DNA of 63,847 bases, counting the filler, from Octopus bimaculoides (taxonomy: Eukaryota), in NCBI RefSeq assembly GCF_001194135.2. It is 8 parts of 5 records of this genome, joined end to end, with 100 filler letters (N's around TTAATTAATTAA, not from the genome) between each part and the next. Parts side by side here need not be neighbours in the genome. Positions count along the whole stretch, not along the records: positions 5,216 to 19,325 come from NC_068986.1; positions 19,426 to 25,804 come from NC_068990.1; 6 more parts are not named here. One strand, written 5' to 3'. Shown here piece after piece: positions 10,591 through 23,929 of the stretch. Both the position numbers and the translations under genes were made by a program. The number at the start of each line of letters is the position of its first letter. The stretch's first letter is position 1. A model generated the notes under the pieces. It saw nothing but the letters and a program-made list of their open reading frames with translations. It was not told where the DNA came from and did no database searches.

Positions 10591-11030
10591 TGCCTTTTCT
10601 CCTACACCACATGTTTTCCACCATGAGATATAACACAATTTAGACGTTTCCCAACCAGACTGTGGATAGTCACTATTATTACAACATTTTTGAAAATGTT
10701 AAAACCAGTAGCTCTGCCATGTACGCAAACTAGATTTTCCATCACTTAAAGATCACTGTTATTTCTCCCATCTGTTGCTTCATTAAGAGTCTATTCTTTG
10801 ATTAATTAGTTAATTGACACAAGATGTCACACATGTCGTCATCTCTTATATTTATCTTTTTGCGGATAGCCTAGTTAATAAAATCTATATTCACTATTGA
10901 TATTTTTCCAGCTGTTGTTATGATACGTGTTTTGGCTCATTCGCCGTTGGTAAAGTATCTCTCGAACTAGTTTCATTGTTAATATCCAATCCCTTGAGAA
11001 TAACTGCTGTAATAAAACGACTGGTGAGAT
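10591..11030 (-). pseudogene. hAT transposase fossil, N-terminal DDE part (continuation of 7300-8400)
   Basis: TLNEATD...VMENLVCVHGRATGFNIFKNV...RLNCVISHGGKHVV*EKR resembles the hAT LDESTD...HGTTTGEDIF...TTDGA..M.G motifs. Confidence 0.6.
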
Positions 11031-11319
11031 GAAATACTCAGTTCCACGCCTTCGTATATCTCATGAACTAGATTTCCTATTTGAATGGTGGGGTCAATGT
11101 TTCGTTAGTTATAACGATTACGTATATTGGTTGCAAGAGGCCAGCAATTTTGGGAGAAGTGATAAGTCGATTACATCGACGCTAGTGCTTATTTTATCGA
11201 AAGAATACATGGCAAAGTCGATCACGAAGGCATTTCAACTCAAAATGAAAGTCGGGAGAAATGCAGTTAGATATTGTTTGGAGTCCGTGGGCTTATAGTA
11301 TATGTCTCGTTCTATTTTG

Positions 11320-12035
11320 CTGCTGGATTTCTTAATGAGGAAGTCGAGGAATGGAATTTGATTTGTTGCTGGCTATATTCCATCGTAAATTGAAGGTTTA
11401 TGTCAGGTTCTTTCACAAGTGCTTGAAATTCTTTAAGTCTCTCTATACTTTCCTACCAAAGAATGAAGCAATCATCGTGATATCTCTTCCAGTTATTTTC
11501 TATGTAAAGAGAGAATGGGTAGCTGTATCTTTCTAGTACTTGACGATAAAGAGTGATTTCTAGGCACCCCATGACTAAGTTATCAAAGGAAGGGGTCATT
11601 CTCGTATCCATCGCAGTTTCCGATTACTGTCGATAGAATTTGTCATTGAATACGAAGAAATTATTCTCCAACATAAATTTTAGCCCTTCTATTACGAATT
11701 GTTTTTTGAAGTCGTGTGGGGTTCATTGGAATAATTCTCTCGCCAGAATTGGATCGCATCTATTCCTATATTGTGGGAGATATGAGAATACAAGTTGACA
11801 ACATCGAAGGGTACTAATAACGTTCTGTTTATTAATTCTTTCAGGGAGGTGGTTGAGCATATCTAGGTCCCTTATGTCGCTTTTGATACGTTTGAGGAAT
11901 GGTTTTAAGAGGGTATCTAAAAAGTTACTGAGGCAGTGAGTTTCGCATGCGGGGCCTGCTATTTTAGGTCTTAATTTGAGGTCATTGGGAGGAGGTTCCT
12001 CGACTATTATATCTGTGACTCCCCTGCATGCGTTA
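11320..12035 (-). pseudogene. Penelope-like element reverse transcriptase fragment
   Basis: LKLRPKIAGPACETHCLSNFL..., VPFDVVNLYSHI, LKFMLENNFFVFNDKFYRQ, LVMGCLE, WKRYHDDCFILW (11465-11491). Frameshifted. Confidence 0.85.
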
Positions 12036-12412
12036 CTTATTTTTTCACTTTTGTGTATGTTAATAATACCGTAAAATTGACTGGACTTACGTTTGAAATG
12101 TGTGCGCGCGCGCGCGTGTATTTGCTGCTCTTTATCCTTCTCAGATTTTGTATGGAAATGAACACAACGTTCTTTTCAAAACTATTCACTCATGAATATT
12201 TATTTCTTACCTTTCCCTACAATCTCACTTTATTTATCCTCTTCTTTTCCCTCTTTTTTTCTTCCTCTCTCCCCTTTTTTCTCTCTCCCTCCCAACATTA
12301 TAGTTGACTTATTGCTCTAACCATTATATATTGCAATATTTCCATCAATTGCATGTAATTTTTTTGAAAGATTTTAACTGAGAACATTTTACATAACGGA
12401 TGGACTGTGTGC

Positions 12413-12458
<46 letters not shown>

Positions 12459-12514
12459 NNNNNNNNNNNNNNNNNNNNNNNNNNNNNNNNNNNNNNNNNN
12501 NNNNNNNNNNNNNN

Positions 12515-12980
12515 TGTCTACTCCTTAAACAGAGTTTGACCACCTCCTGCACCTACACCTTAGCCCTTTCATGACGTCTGATGTGGCTTTTTAAACCAGA
12601 CAGTGTTTTGAAAAAACACCCACACACATTGCACCACTATTTGCACTACCAATACCTGCAAGTAAGTTCTGCTCATTGTTCATCCTAACATGTCTTTTAA
12701 GACCCCCATTGGATTTGCAAACCCTCTGGCACACACCACATTCAAACGTGTGCACAGACATATAATCAGAATAGCTGGGTGAGGTTTGTTTTCCATGGGT
12801 TCGCAGGTGAGATTTGAGGCCAGCCAAGGACAGACATGGTCTGTCACAGACTGTGCACACAAAAAGGTCCTTGTCATTCACCTTCTCAGTATATGTGTGC
12901 TGGGATATGTTTCTCTTTTTATGTTACGTTACTCTAATAATAGTGTTGCTCATGTGCCTTTTTATGTCTTTTAGCTTAAA
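12515..12980 (-). mobile_element. Probable RTE-type LINE 3' end encoding three C2H2 zinc fingers
   Basis: CTVCDRPCLSLAGLKSHLRTH; CGVCQRVCKSNGGLKRHVRMN; after a 1-nt frameshift CNVCGCFFKTLSGLKSHIRRH, then stop. No TGEKP linkers. Short tail into a gap and (TA)n. Confidence 0.6.
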
Positions 12981-14323
12981 CGTTTGACAAATTAGTTTCA
13001 ATTAAAATCAGTATCCCACTGTTATTAAGTACCGGAGTACTTAATCTGAACAAAATCTGAAGAATGAGTCCTGGCATGGCCGAAACCCGCTGCAATTTTT
13101 AGACGGACAGTTATTTAAGGATTCTGAATCCGATTCTCTAAGTGACCAGTGAATAAACGAGTACGAAATATCTCCTCGATCTACTACAGACAAGGCAGTA
13201 AATCAGCGAATAGACCTCGTCAAATAACTTAAGCGAATGAGTAGTTGTTCAGGTAATATAAGGAAGGCGTAGTGTGTTGTGTTTTGCTATAGAGTGGTGC
13301 AGGGTAGCACAGGAGGAGGAAAGTCACTGAGGGTCGGAAATAGATAAAAATAAATTATGATGAAATAGAAGAAATACGTTTTTCTTTGTTTAGTTGAGTG
13401 CGGAATGAGTGATATGTGGCGTTTTGACATCTAGAATTTGAGCAAATTGAGATTAAATTTCGTGGATGGCCACCATGATTCTAAACTTAGCGAAGCAATC
13501 GTAGACAGAAAAGTAAATGAAGAGATAGAAAAGAAAAAGACTTCAAAACATAATGAAATATCAAAAATAGAAAGTTTTTCTTTGTTTTTCTTTTTTCGAG
13601 AACATCCTATTTTCCTCAAAGCTATATCAAGAGATTTCAGACGCTTTCTTCACCCCTGCAGTGAGAATTTAACAGTTTTACAAGTATTCATTACAAGTAA
13701 AATACCGAATGCTTAAGCTGTTGTTTTAATGGAATGTAGTCGTGTTCACTGAATAGTGCAGCGTTTGCTTAGTTTCTGAGAGATATATATTAAAACAGTT
13801 AATGGTTAATATCAATGCAAAGAATTACTTCTATATATAATTCTGTAAAAGACTAATGGATAAAAATATAGAACGAGATTTGCGTCATTAAATATTTGGG
13901 AGGAATCAATGCTTAAATGCAGCAGAGTGTGTTCAATGTACTGAAAATTGTTTGAAACCGTTTGTCAACTTACAAGGTTGAAAGATTAAGACAACTTGTG
14001 GGTAGATTTGAAACTAAACATGTAGTTTTGGCAAACTGTTTAAGCAGATTTTATATAGGTTGGAAAATATGTCATGTTACCTTGAATGAATAAACGTGTT
14101 GATATGGCCTTGGAAACATTTTTTCGTTATATTTATTATAAAATGCTTCCGAATAAATATTTTATCACAAAAGTTTATCAGTATATTCTTAAGCTGATAC
14201 ATACATAAATATACTTAAATACATAGATGCATCATGCACGCTCACTCAAGTCTGTCTGTCTGTCGATCTGTCTGTCTGTTAATCTCTCTCTCTCTCCCCC
14301 TCTCTTTCTCTCTCTCTCTATCT

Positions 14324-14379
<56 letters not shown>

Positions 14380-14469
14380 CATACAAAAATAAGAGGAATG
14401 ACCAGCAAATGTGGATTCCTAAATGGTTTTAATTGATTATTATCAATTTCTACCCTCATTAATAAATTT

Positions 14470-14506
<37 letters not shown>

Positions 14507-15075
14507 NNNNNNNNNNNNNNNNNNNNNNNNNNNNNNNNTATATATATATATATACTTAATCAAACACGTATGTATATCTTTGTATGTATACACATATACA
14601 CATTCCAATTTTAAACAAAAATGAACTAAGGGAATAACTCTGAGTGCCAAGTGACTTGTATATAAACAAATACATGTTGTTCGTATATTGGGTTGGCAGA
14701 TGAATTCGTTCGTTTCTAATGTTATTTGAATTAACACGAGAAATATTTTTATCTGAGAATTTTTTTTTTAACTCTGTTCTCCTGCTGTAAGTTTGCATGG
14801 CTTAATGTTTAAGCTGTTGCACTTACGAATGCGAAATCGTGGTTGCTATTCCCAAGCCGGGTAGTGCGTTATGTTCATTTCACGTTGCCCTGTGATGACT
14901 TTGACATCTGATGTGTAGCATATCGTGCACCTGTACAGGCAACATCGGTTTGATCAATATATACAAATCATCTGCGCAAGTTGTTCAGCAAGAAGTTGCA
15001 CAATTTCCTTTCTCGGACTCAAGAAATTACTAAAAACAATAAACTCTTCTTTAGCAATGTTTGCTGATCATAAAG

Positions 15076-15505
15076 CGGCGAGCGGGCAGAAACGTTAGCA
15101 CGCCCGGTGAAATGCCTAGCGGTATTTCGTCTGCCGTTACGTTCTGAGTTCAAATTCCACCGAGGTCGATTTTGCCTTTCATCCTTTCGGGGTCAATAAA
15201 ATAAGTACCAGTTACGCACTGGGGTCGATATATTCGACTTAATCCCTTTGTCTGTTCTTGTTTGTCCCCTCTATGTTTAACCCCTTGTGGGCAATAAAGA
15301 AATGAGAAACGTTAGCACGCCAGGCGAAATGTTTGGCAGTATTTCGTTTGTCTTTACGTTCTGAACTCAAATTTCGCCGAGGTCGACTTTGCCTTTCATC
15401 CTTTCGAGCTCGATAAATTAAGTACCAGTTGCGTACTAGAGTCGATCTAGTCAACTGGCCTCCTCCCACAAATTTTGACCTTGTGCTAAGTGTAAAAAGA
15501 ATTTG
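15076..15505 (+). mobile_element. Dimeric or composite SINE family B
   Basis: Head-core-tail1 (15076-15303) directly followed by head-core-tail2 (15306-15505). Confidence 0.85.
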
Positions 15506-15699
15506 GACGAATCATTTTAAAAATTTGAATATAAGTTACTTTTCTTCAGATATATGACGATGGACGACCAAGTTGTAATAATGAATATTTTCGATACGCG
15601 CTCCTCTTCGCTCTGAGTTAGGGCTTCAAAGCCACTTGAGATATTTGTGCTGTGTACTGAGAAGGTGCTCGTACAGAAAGAACTGCACAGAAATGGTTT

Positions 15700-16400
15700 A
15701 CATGCTTCAATGAGGGTAAGTTAGACCCCACAGATTATTTGCATTCAGGCCGACCTGTGCCATTTAATGCGGATGAATTTGATAAGGATCAGTTTTCGAA
15801 AATCCATGCCAATCGACTTGAGAATTTTCCCAGTAGATGAGACTTTCTTATGATACCGTCTCACGTCATTGTCATTTTGATTTGACGAGTAAGGTTTAGA
15901 AAATTGGTGCATGTATGCAATGTAGTCTATCGCTGCCAGATAAGCTCGTTTGACACTAGCTACACATGGATGCAAATAGATATTTCTTTACTGCATCTTC
16001 CCCGGCGATAAAATATTGTGCTTTACCTCAATATGAATCAGAGGAAAGACTGGTCAACTCCCGACAAGAAGACAACAGCTAGAACCAAGCCAGAGCGGCT
16101 ACCATGCAAGACAATGATCTGCGTTTGGTGGGACTAGGATGGAATAATCCACTATGAAATGCTTGCAAACGACCACATGATCAGTGCAGAGATTTCATTC
16201 AGCAATTGCTTCGGATCAACGGAGCAAGTCTGCTGAGACGACCCACCGCTAACAAGACGTGCTTTTCAACACGGCTACGATGGTCCGCCCATGCAACTAA
16301 TTTTATCATTCAACAGCTCCGTTGCGAAGTTTCACCGCACCTACCGTACTCTCTTGGTTTATTCTCTTCAGATTATTACTGTTTTTGATCGCTTGCCAAT
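15700..16400 (+). pseudogene. mariner transposase fossil
   Basis: KTMICVWWD*DGIIHYEML and EVSPHLPYSLGLFSSDYYCF (cf. HPPYSPDLAPSDY). Confidence 0.8.
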
Positions 16401-16685
16401 AATATGCGGGATGGTTTATTCAACAATGACTTGTAGCCGAAAGCTTGGTTCGAAGATTTTTTCCAGTCAAGACACTCTGCTATCTTTCTTTGTCCCCTCA
16501 TTTCAAGACAATAAGCCAGTCTGTTTCCTTAATAGCGATTCCACTTCATTCGTAGGATTACATCCCTGTCTCATAAGGAGCTGTTCTCTATTAATACTTG
16601 GTAACTGTCACATGCTCTACAGGCAGAGAAGGAATTAACAAATCAGGAATTCATACATACATGCGTGTATATGTGTATGTGCGTG

Positions 16686-16730
<45 letters not shown>

Positions 16731-17334
16731 TTACGCGGCACACTTAAAGGATCGAAGCATATCAGAGTGAAGCATGCCTCAATAATTGGCTTGACAGAAT
16801 GATGTACATCAAGCAGTGATGTAATCCATTATCATAGCACAAGATGCATCAATCAAAAGTAATTTACTGTTGTTTGGCAACGTCCGACTTCAATAGTAAT
16901 CAAACGCATCCAACGATGAATGGAATCTTAAAGGTGGCTTAAAAACCAATGAAAATGAATCTACTTAATTTCACTTACGAATGTTCTACTTTTAAATCAA
17001 GGTTATATAATCATCTTCATACATTTATAGGGAGAGATAACGCGAAACTTGCGTCGCTTCCGCAAAAGGTCTGCGAGTTAGTAGACAAAATTTTAACTTT
17101 ACTTTATATATAAATGAAGGACAAAAGTGCCGATTCTCATTTAATGTGGAGCATCGTTAGACACCCTAATCCTTTTGTTAGAGAAAGATATGGTTGCAAT
17201 ATATGCTGTTTGAAATTGTTTGGAATATTAAAACGTAGAAGTTATGTTATCAACAGATCGGATTAATAAACGATCAAATGTCCGCATTTTCTCAATAGAA
17301 GTTACATTTTAAACTGATGCTATAAAGTCTTAGT

Positions 17335-17640
17335 TATTAGGGTATGCAACTCACGATCGTAAGGTTGTGAGATCGATCCCAGAGGTGTGTTGTGTCCTTG
17401 AGCAAGACACTTTATTTTACGTTGCTCCAGTTTACTCAGCTGGAAAATAATAGTAGTACCTGTATTTCAAAAGGACGAGCCTTGTTACACTCTGTATCAC
17501 CCTGAATTTCTCTGAGAACTATGTGAAGGATACGCTTGACTCTAGAGAGCTCAGCCAGTTGCACGTTAATTTCACGAGCAGGCTGTTTCATTGATTGGGC
17601 CAATTGGATCCCTTGTCATCGATACCGATGGAGTACCATA
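17335..17640 (+). mobile_element. SINE family C (OR-like 3' module; name unverified)
   Basis: Shares GTACCTGTATTTCAAA...GCTCAGCCA.TTGCACGTTAATTTCACGAGCAGGCTGTT with 22294-22680 but has a different 5' part. Confidence 0.75.
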
Positions 17641-19425
17641 CATAAAGTTTCCTCCAGGTGCTAGACATTTACCTATAACCCTTAGATATAGACCTTATCT
17701 ACTAGTCATAAGATTCAAGGATTATATTTAGGTATCCTGGCGTGTCTTAATGTTATTAATACATATAACTAATCATATTCAGACTACTTTTGTTTACCCT
17801 TAGTTCTAATGACGCATATCGAGGATTGTAAATTCATATAATACATATTTTATATAATTTAATCATTTTATTCAATTTGCTCCTGTCTGAGGTGAATATT
17901 TTAATATTTGCTTCACCCCACCACCTCTAGTTACGGCCTTCATAATTCTTTATAATTCGTTATAATCCCATAGATTCTTTTAACATTTATTAATAATTAT
18001 AACTTTCATAATTCTTCATAATAATACATATTTTGATATTTTCTTCGCACTCCCCTTCATAACGTGTAAAATATTATAGCAGTGATGTAACTATCTACTG
18101 AACTTATAACATTTTGATTTGCTTTATTCTCAATAATATTGTGATAGGATTGGTTAAGAGAAACGTCAATATTCACGATCATTTGATTAAGTACCAGTTG
18201 CGTACTGGAGGGTTGATTTAATTGAGTGGCCTCCTCCCTAGAAATTTTGGGCTTTGTGCCTAGAGTAGAAAAGAATATTCATGATCTTTCGGTTTTTTAT
18301 ACAGATGGTTGGTTCTGATTTTCCTTTTCTATTATTTCCGATCTTTCAACTCATGGCTTCAACTAAATAACTGACCTCTATAAATTTGGATATTTAACTA
18401 ATATGAATTTATAAATTTATAAATCTATTTGTACGCTAACACTCATTATCGCTTTCACTGCTATATACTGATATAGGTTCAGTAGATAGTTAAATCACTG
18501 CTATAATAATTTACACGTTATGGGGGACGGAAAGAAAATATCAAAATATTTATTATTATGAAAAATTATGAAAGCTAGAACTTTTAATAAATGTTAAAAG
18601 AATCTATGGTATTATAACGAATTGTAAAATATGCACATTTAACTGTTTACGCCAATACCCTCTTCCAATCAATGTGTTAACCAACTCCTCTATTTCATTT
18701 ATTCTACACTGTTTCTATTTAAGTGTTGATAGGTAATGATTGCTGGCAGTGCGATTATGGTTATCTCTAAAGGTAAATTATTTCTGATCTTTTCCCTCCT
18801 TTTCCTCTGAAATTTTGCAGAAACCCCCGTTAATCTGCAATTTTCTTTAAGTTATTTTTCTTAAAATGTAATTAGCTGAGTCTCCATAAATTAAAGCTAA
18901 TATTCTATTAGTTCTGTAATGATCAATCGGAGCACTTTAATGACGAATAATTAAATATATGAATAAGTATTGCTAGAATTTATCAACCACGACTTGAAAT
19001 GTGCTAAACATGGTAACACCTTAAGTGGCTTTTAGAGCAACGTTGGTAGCTTTCGATAGGGTCACATATAATGCATAGCGTCTATTATCTGCCGGTATAC
19101 AAGCTTTTTTGCCAGTATCAATCTTTATGAGCAAGAATACTACGTTTAATGACATATTTAGTATAGAAATGAATTTAAATATTCTTTAATTTACCTCATT
19201 CTGAAATCCAATCTCGAGAATGACAGATTGTAGACCCACCCACATTACATTTCCTAAATATTTGTAATTCTGATTAGAAATTTCACTTGTTGATGATCTG
19301 TATATATATATATATATATATATATNNNNNNNNNNNNNNNNNNNNNNNNNNNNNNNNNNNNNNNNNNNNTTAATTAATTAANNNNNNNNNNNNNNNNNNN
19401 NNNNNNNNNNNNNNNNNNNNNNNNN

Positions 19426-19458
<33 letters not shown>

Positions 19459-19560
19459 GTGTGTGTTTGTGAGTGTGTGTGCGTGTTTATATATATATAT
19501 ATATATTATATATATATGTATATATATGTATAGATACATATATGTGCTTATATATACGTG

Positions 19561-19594
<34 letters not shown>

Positions 19595-19959
19595 TCTGAG
19601 TAACAGTTTTTGTGATATCTTTGCTGCTTTTTTAATAAAGCACACTACTGTACCTCCGATATTCGAGTAATACATCCTTGGTTATTTGATGTAACCGGTC
19701 AGAAAGTTACCATTGATTTAGCATCTATTATTGCACTGGACAATAGTAGCAACTGATCGGATATGACCGAAAGCACATAGCCTCTGTACTGATGGAGATT
19801 GCTGTACAATCTTTGTCAGGTTGATTGTGAAAAATAGAACCGAAACGGAAAAAAATTCTTTCTGTAATGGAAAGAAGAGTTACCTCCCTTATACTAATCC
19901 AGCTGTGATCGAAGTGAGTCTATAGTGCATGTGTACGTTTTTACCGTTCTCTAGTCTGC

Positions 19960-20520
19960 AAATGCCTACATTCCTAAACGAATTTTCTCCCGTGTGCGCA
20001 ACAGACAACTTTCACCTCTTGAATTCAAGAAATCGCCCAGCCCACATCGTGCGATTTGTAGAATCATTGCCGTTTCGGGCTAAGCACAGCTAGTACTGTT
20101 TGCTCCTGCTGAAGCTTGACCCTGGTTGTTCCGGCAGCTTCCATATATACCTGGACAATGTTGTAACAGTGTGCATCTCGTGGACCCTAAAGTGTACGGC
20201 GGTTATTTATACTGGCCTTAAATTGACCCACTGTTGCTCCACCGTATTTCAGTATGTGTGTCCTTTCGTTATAGACGCAGTTGACGAATTTAGGCCGCCA
20301 CTGGAATCGTACAAGGTGAGGCAACTCTTCTTTCCCCTCCCAGAATTTTCTTTTTTTTTTATCCTTTGGGTTTCTTTCTCCACCAAACCGATCAAAATTG
20401 TATATTTATCTCTATCAATAAAGAGAAACAGCCATGTGATTCCAGTCAGCATGTCTGATGAGTGCCCAGTTCAATATAGACACGACGCCAATTATAACTT
20501 TCTGATATCTACCTAGTATT
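19960..20520 (-). pseudogene. Penelope-like GIY-YIG endonuclease fossil
   Basis: NCVY...YGGATVGQFKASINNRR, TTLSRYIWKL...SKQY*LCLA and LNSRGE resemble the PLE EN C-terminus (LSKYIW.LK...C.LCL.EK...LNKRSE). Confidence 0.65.
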
Positions 20521-20689
20521 TTTCCTATATGCTCTATCTGTATCCAAATTGTCTACCATTCTATTTCCTGGGTTTTCAGAACGACGCTAAGGTCTATCCT
20601 AACCTTAACCATGGTCATTCTTGTGAGCTATACACTTGGCGGACAGCTTAATGTGATATCTGTTTGATTCTTTTGAATCCGTATTACTA

Positions 20690-20697
20690 ATACACAC

Positions 20698-20765
<68 letters not shown>

Positions 20766-20940
20766 GCATGCATACATATATACGTATATATATACTGTAT
20801 ATATACGTATGTATATACCTTTTCGTTTATTCTTTTACTTGTTTCGCACATTTGATTGTGGCCGTGCTGGAACACCGTCTTATATATACATATATAATAT
20901 ATAATTGTGTATATACATATATACACATAGACATAGATAT
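20690..20940. repeat. (CA)n/(TA)n microsatellites
   Basis: Direct reading. Confidence 0.9.
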
Positions 20941-22293
20941 ACATACGCGCGGGGTGGGGGGTGAAGACATTTCAGAATTTTTAAGGGCTTCAACTATTAT
21001 AAATTTATTGCTATTGACTAAGTTTCGGCGGAAGGACTTCAGTTTATTTTGGCTTTCTTTGAAGCGAATCAAACAAGAACAAAACGAAAAATAATAGAAA
21101 CATTCGTGACACAAACAATAATAATAATAATCATAATAATAATGATGATGATGATGATGATGTGGAAGAGGAGGTGGAGTACAAATAGAACAATAAAATC
21201 TAATGATAAAAATAATAATAGACAAAACTTTTAATGAAGTCATCACTTTGAACTTTTGAACTTAGGACTGACCTAGAAAAAAAATTAGCAATATAAACAG
21301 CGAACACACTCAAAACTTAACTAGTTCATCCGGTGGTTTATCAGCCCTTAAAGGATAGGTCCTATCATTCTCTCTTCGACAAACGGATGGTTATTTTGGC
21401 CGAATCAAAATAAAATTAGTACAGAAGTTTCTCATTGACATAGCTTCATAGGGTATTTATTTTAGGAACTAAAAAGGCAATGTACTTAATTTTAAAAGGT
21501 CATATGCTATATTTGGTGTGATTTTTTTTTTCACTGCTCACCTCCTGTTCGGACGGAGCAACAATATCTTCCTATGGGCGAAATAGATTAACTTTTTATA
21601 TATTTATACTGCCTGTTTATGTTGTGTTGTTCTCGTTGTTCTTTTTTTCACTTTTATTTGGGGGTTTTTTGCATCTTTTATTGCTGTTGTTTTCTTGATT
21701 TTTTTTCCTCCATATGTTAAATGGGTAATGGCAGTGGTGTTGTGGGGGTGGTAGAGGTGGTGTAGGAGTGGTAACGGTTGCCGAAGTTTCACATACTTTA
21801 AGTACGTTTGTAATTGTAGAAGGTTTGCATTTGTGAAGGCGCATAGCTCAGTGGTTAAAGCACCGGGAAGAGGATGTATATTGTATACATGGGCAAGACA
21901 CTTTATTTCATAATGCGGATCTAGTCTTGCAAAATAAGCCCCACTTAATTTTGCTCAGATTGCATTCAATTTTGGTGAATCAATGCATCTCTGAATTTTG
22001 ATTATGATCAACCAATTACTTTATCTCGTAAATTAAAGAATCTGATGTTATTTGGAATTAAAGTTGGAAATTTGGGTAATTTTAGCCAATCAACAGACAG
22101 CGTGGCATTAGCAGCTTGTTACTATGACAACCGCACTGTATTGTGGTTCATTGTTATCAGAGTGCCGTTGTTGTCTATGTTGATCTCACCCGCGTGTTTT
22201 GTTATAATTTTTCTGTGTTAGTATATTACATATTTTTCTGTACTTCTGTGTGTTAGTATTTTTCTGTGTTTTTTCTATGTGTTAGTATTTTTA

Positions 22294-22680
22294 CGCGGAG
22301 GTGCAACGGCCCAGGGGTTAGGGCAGCGGACTGGCGGTCATTCGATCGCGGTTTCGATTCTCAGACCGGGCGTTGTGAGTGTTTATTGAACGAAAACACC
22401 TGAAGCTCTACGAGGCTCCGGCAGGGTATGGTGGCGAACCCTGCTGCACTCTTTCACCACAACTTTCTCTCACTCTTACTTCCTATTTCTGTTGTACCTG
22501 TATTTCAAAGGGTCAGCCTTGTCACACTGTGTCACGCTGAATATCCCTGAGAACTACGTTAAGGGTGCACGTGTCTGTGGAGTGCTCAGCCACTTGCACG
22601 TTAATTTCACGAGCAGGCTGTTCCGTTGATCGGATCAACTGGAACCCTCGACGTCGTAAGCGACGAGTGCCAACAACAAC
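22294..22680 (+). mobile_element. Full-length tRNA-derived SINE family C
   Basis: tRNA-like head GCGGAGGTGCAACGGCCCAGGGGTTAGGGCAGCGG...GGTTTCGATTC, central body, and (CAA)n tail. Confidence 0.9.
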
Positions 22681-22960
22681 AGTATTTTTACATATTTTTC
22701 ATTTCATATATTTTTGATTTCACTAGGTTAATTCTATTCATAACAATTTTAATTAGGATTATTTTTTAAACAGTTAGCTTCATATTTCAACAGCTTAACT
22801 GAAATTTAGCTCACATAACAGGAACTGAAAGGGATATCGCAGAACAGAGAAACTTTAGGTGATACAGATAATTTGACATTATTTTTGAATTCTTTCCGCC
22901 AAGGTCGACTTAGGCTCTAAGATGTTAACAGACAGGCAGTAACTGCCATTCATATATTAG

Positions 22961-23062
<102 letters not shown>

Positions 23063-23929
23063 TTAACATGAATTCAATATACCCACGCTCGCATAGATAT
23101 ATACATGTACACAAATACACACTCATACCATACAAATATCAGGGAACTGTGGTGTATTGATGGATGACTATGGTAATTTTTTTTTTTCTACTATTCGAGA
23201 AATGAAAAGATAAGAAAGGCTGCCTGAAAGAGTAGGTTTAATTTTTTTGTTTTTATTCGTAGGTGTTGTAGTTGTGTTCGTTTCCGCTGAGAAGATTTTG
23301 GTAAATTTCAGAAGTTGTTGTTTGTGCAAGGAGAATATTCATTCAATAATGCACTCGCATTGATAACAATGCAGAACAGGGTTATTTTGAAAACTTAGAT
23401 ATTTAACAATACAAATTGTATCTACTCTGAAGCATTCGATTCTTGAGATTGTGTAACGTCCACACAGATAGCAATAAAGTGTACTGTCTTTGAAAAAGAA
23501 AAACCATCTCCAAAAACTATATCCTCAGTTATACACTTGTCGTCTATTCTAGTTGTTGTCTTTTGTTTTTCTCTTTGTACCAAGAAGTGAACACATTGTA
23601 TAAAGAGTAACGTACAATTGTTCGCCTTTCCTTAGTCATTTTGATTGTTTATGAAAACTATTGAAAATATGTTGCAGGATATATATTTATGCACAAACAC
23701 ACAGACGCACAAGCACACATACATATATAGATACACCCACGCACTATTCAAATGTTTCAATGATTTTAAATGTTGAACGAAATTAATACAATCATTAATA
23801 TTATTCAACTATGATGCGACTACTTTGGTAACTCTTCAGCAAATCTTAGAATGTATATTACGTTTATATGTCTAGAAAAAGTGGATATAGCTGGACGTGA
23901 ACTTGTTGAGCCTTTCCCTACCTATTCAA

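Noticed and set aside
20455-20490. CTGATGA as a hammerhead core
   Set aside because: No stem II closure or GAAA downstream; it lies in the antisense of a PLE coding remnant.
21005-21050. Minus-strand CTGAAGT...CGAAACTTAGTC hammerhead-like string
   Set aside because: The core is altered, and neither stem I nor stem II pairs.
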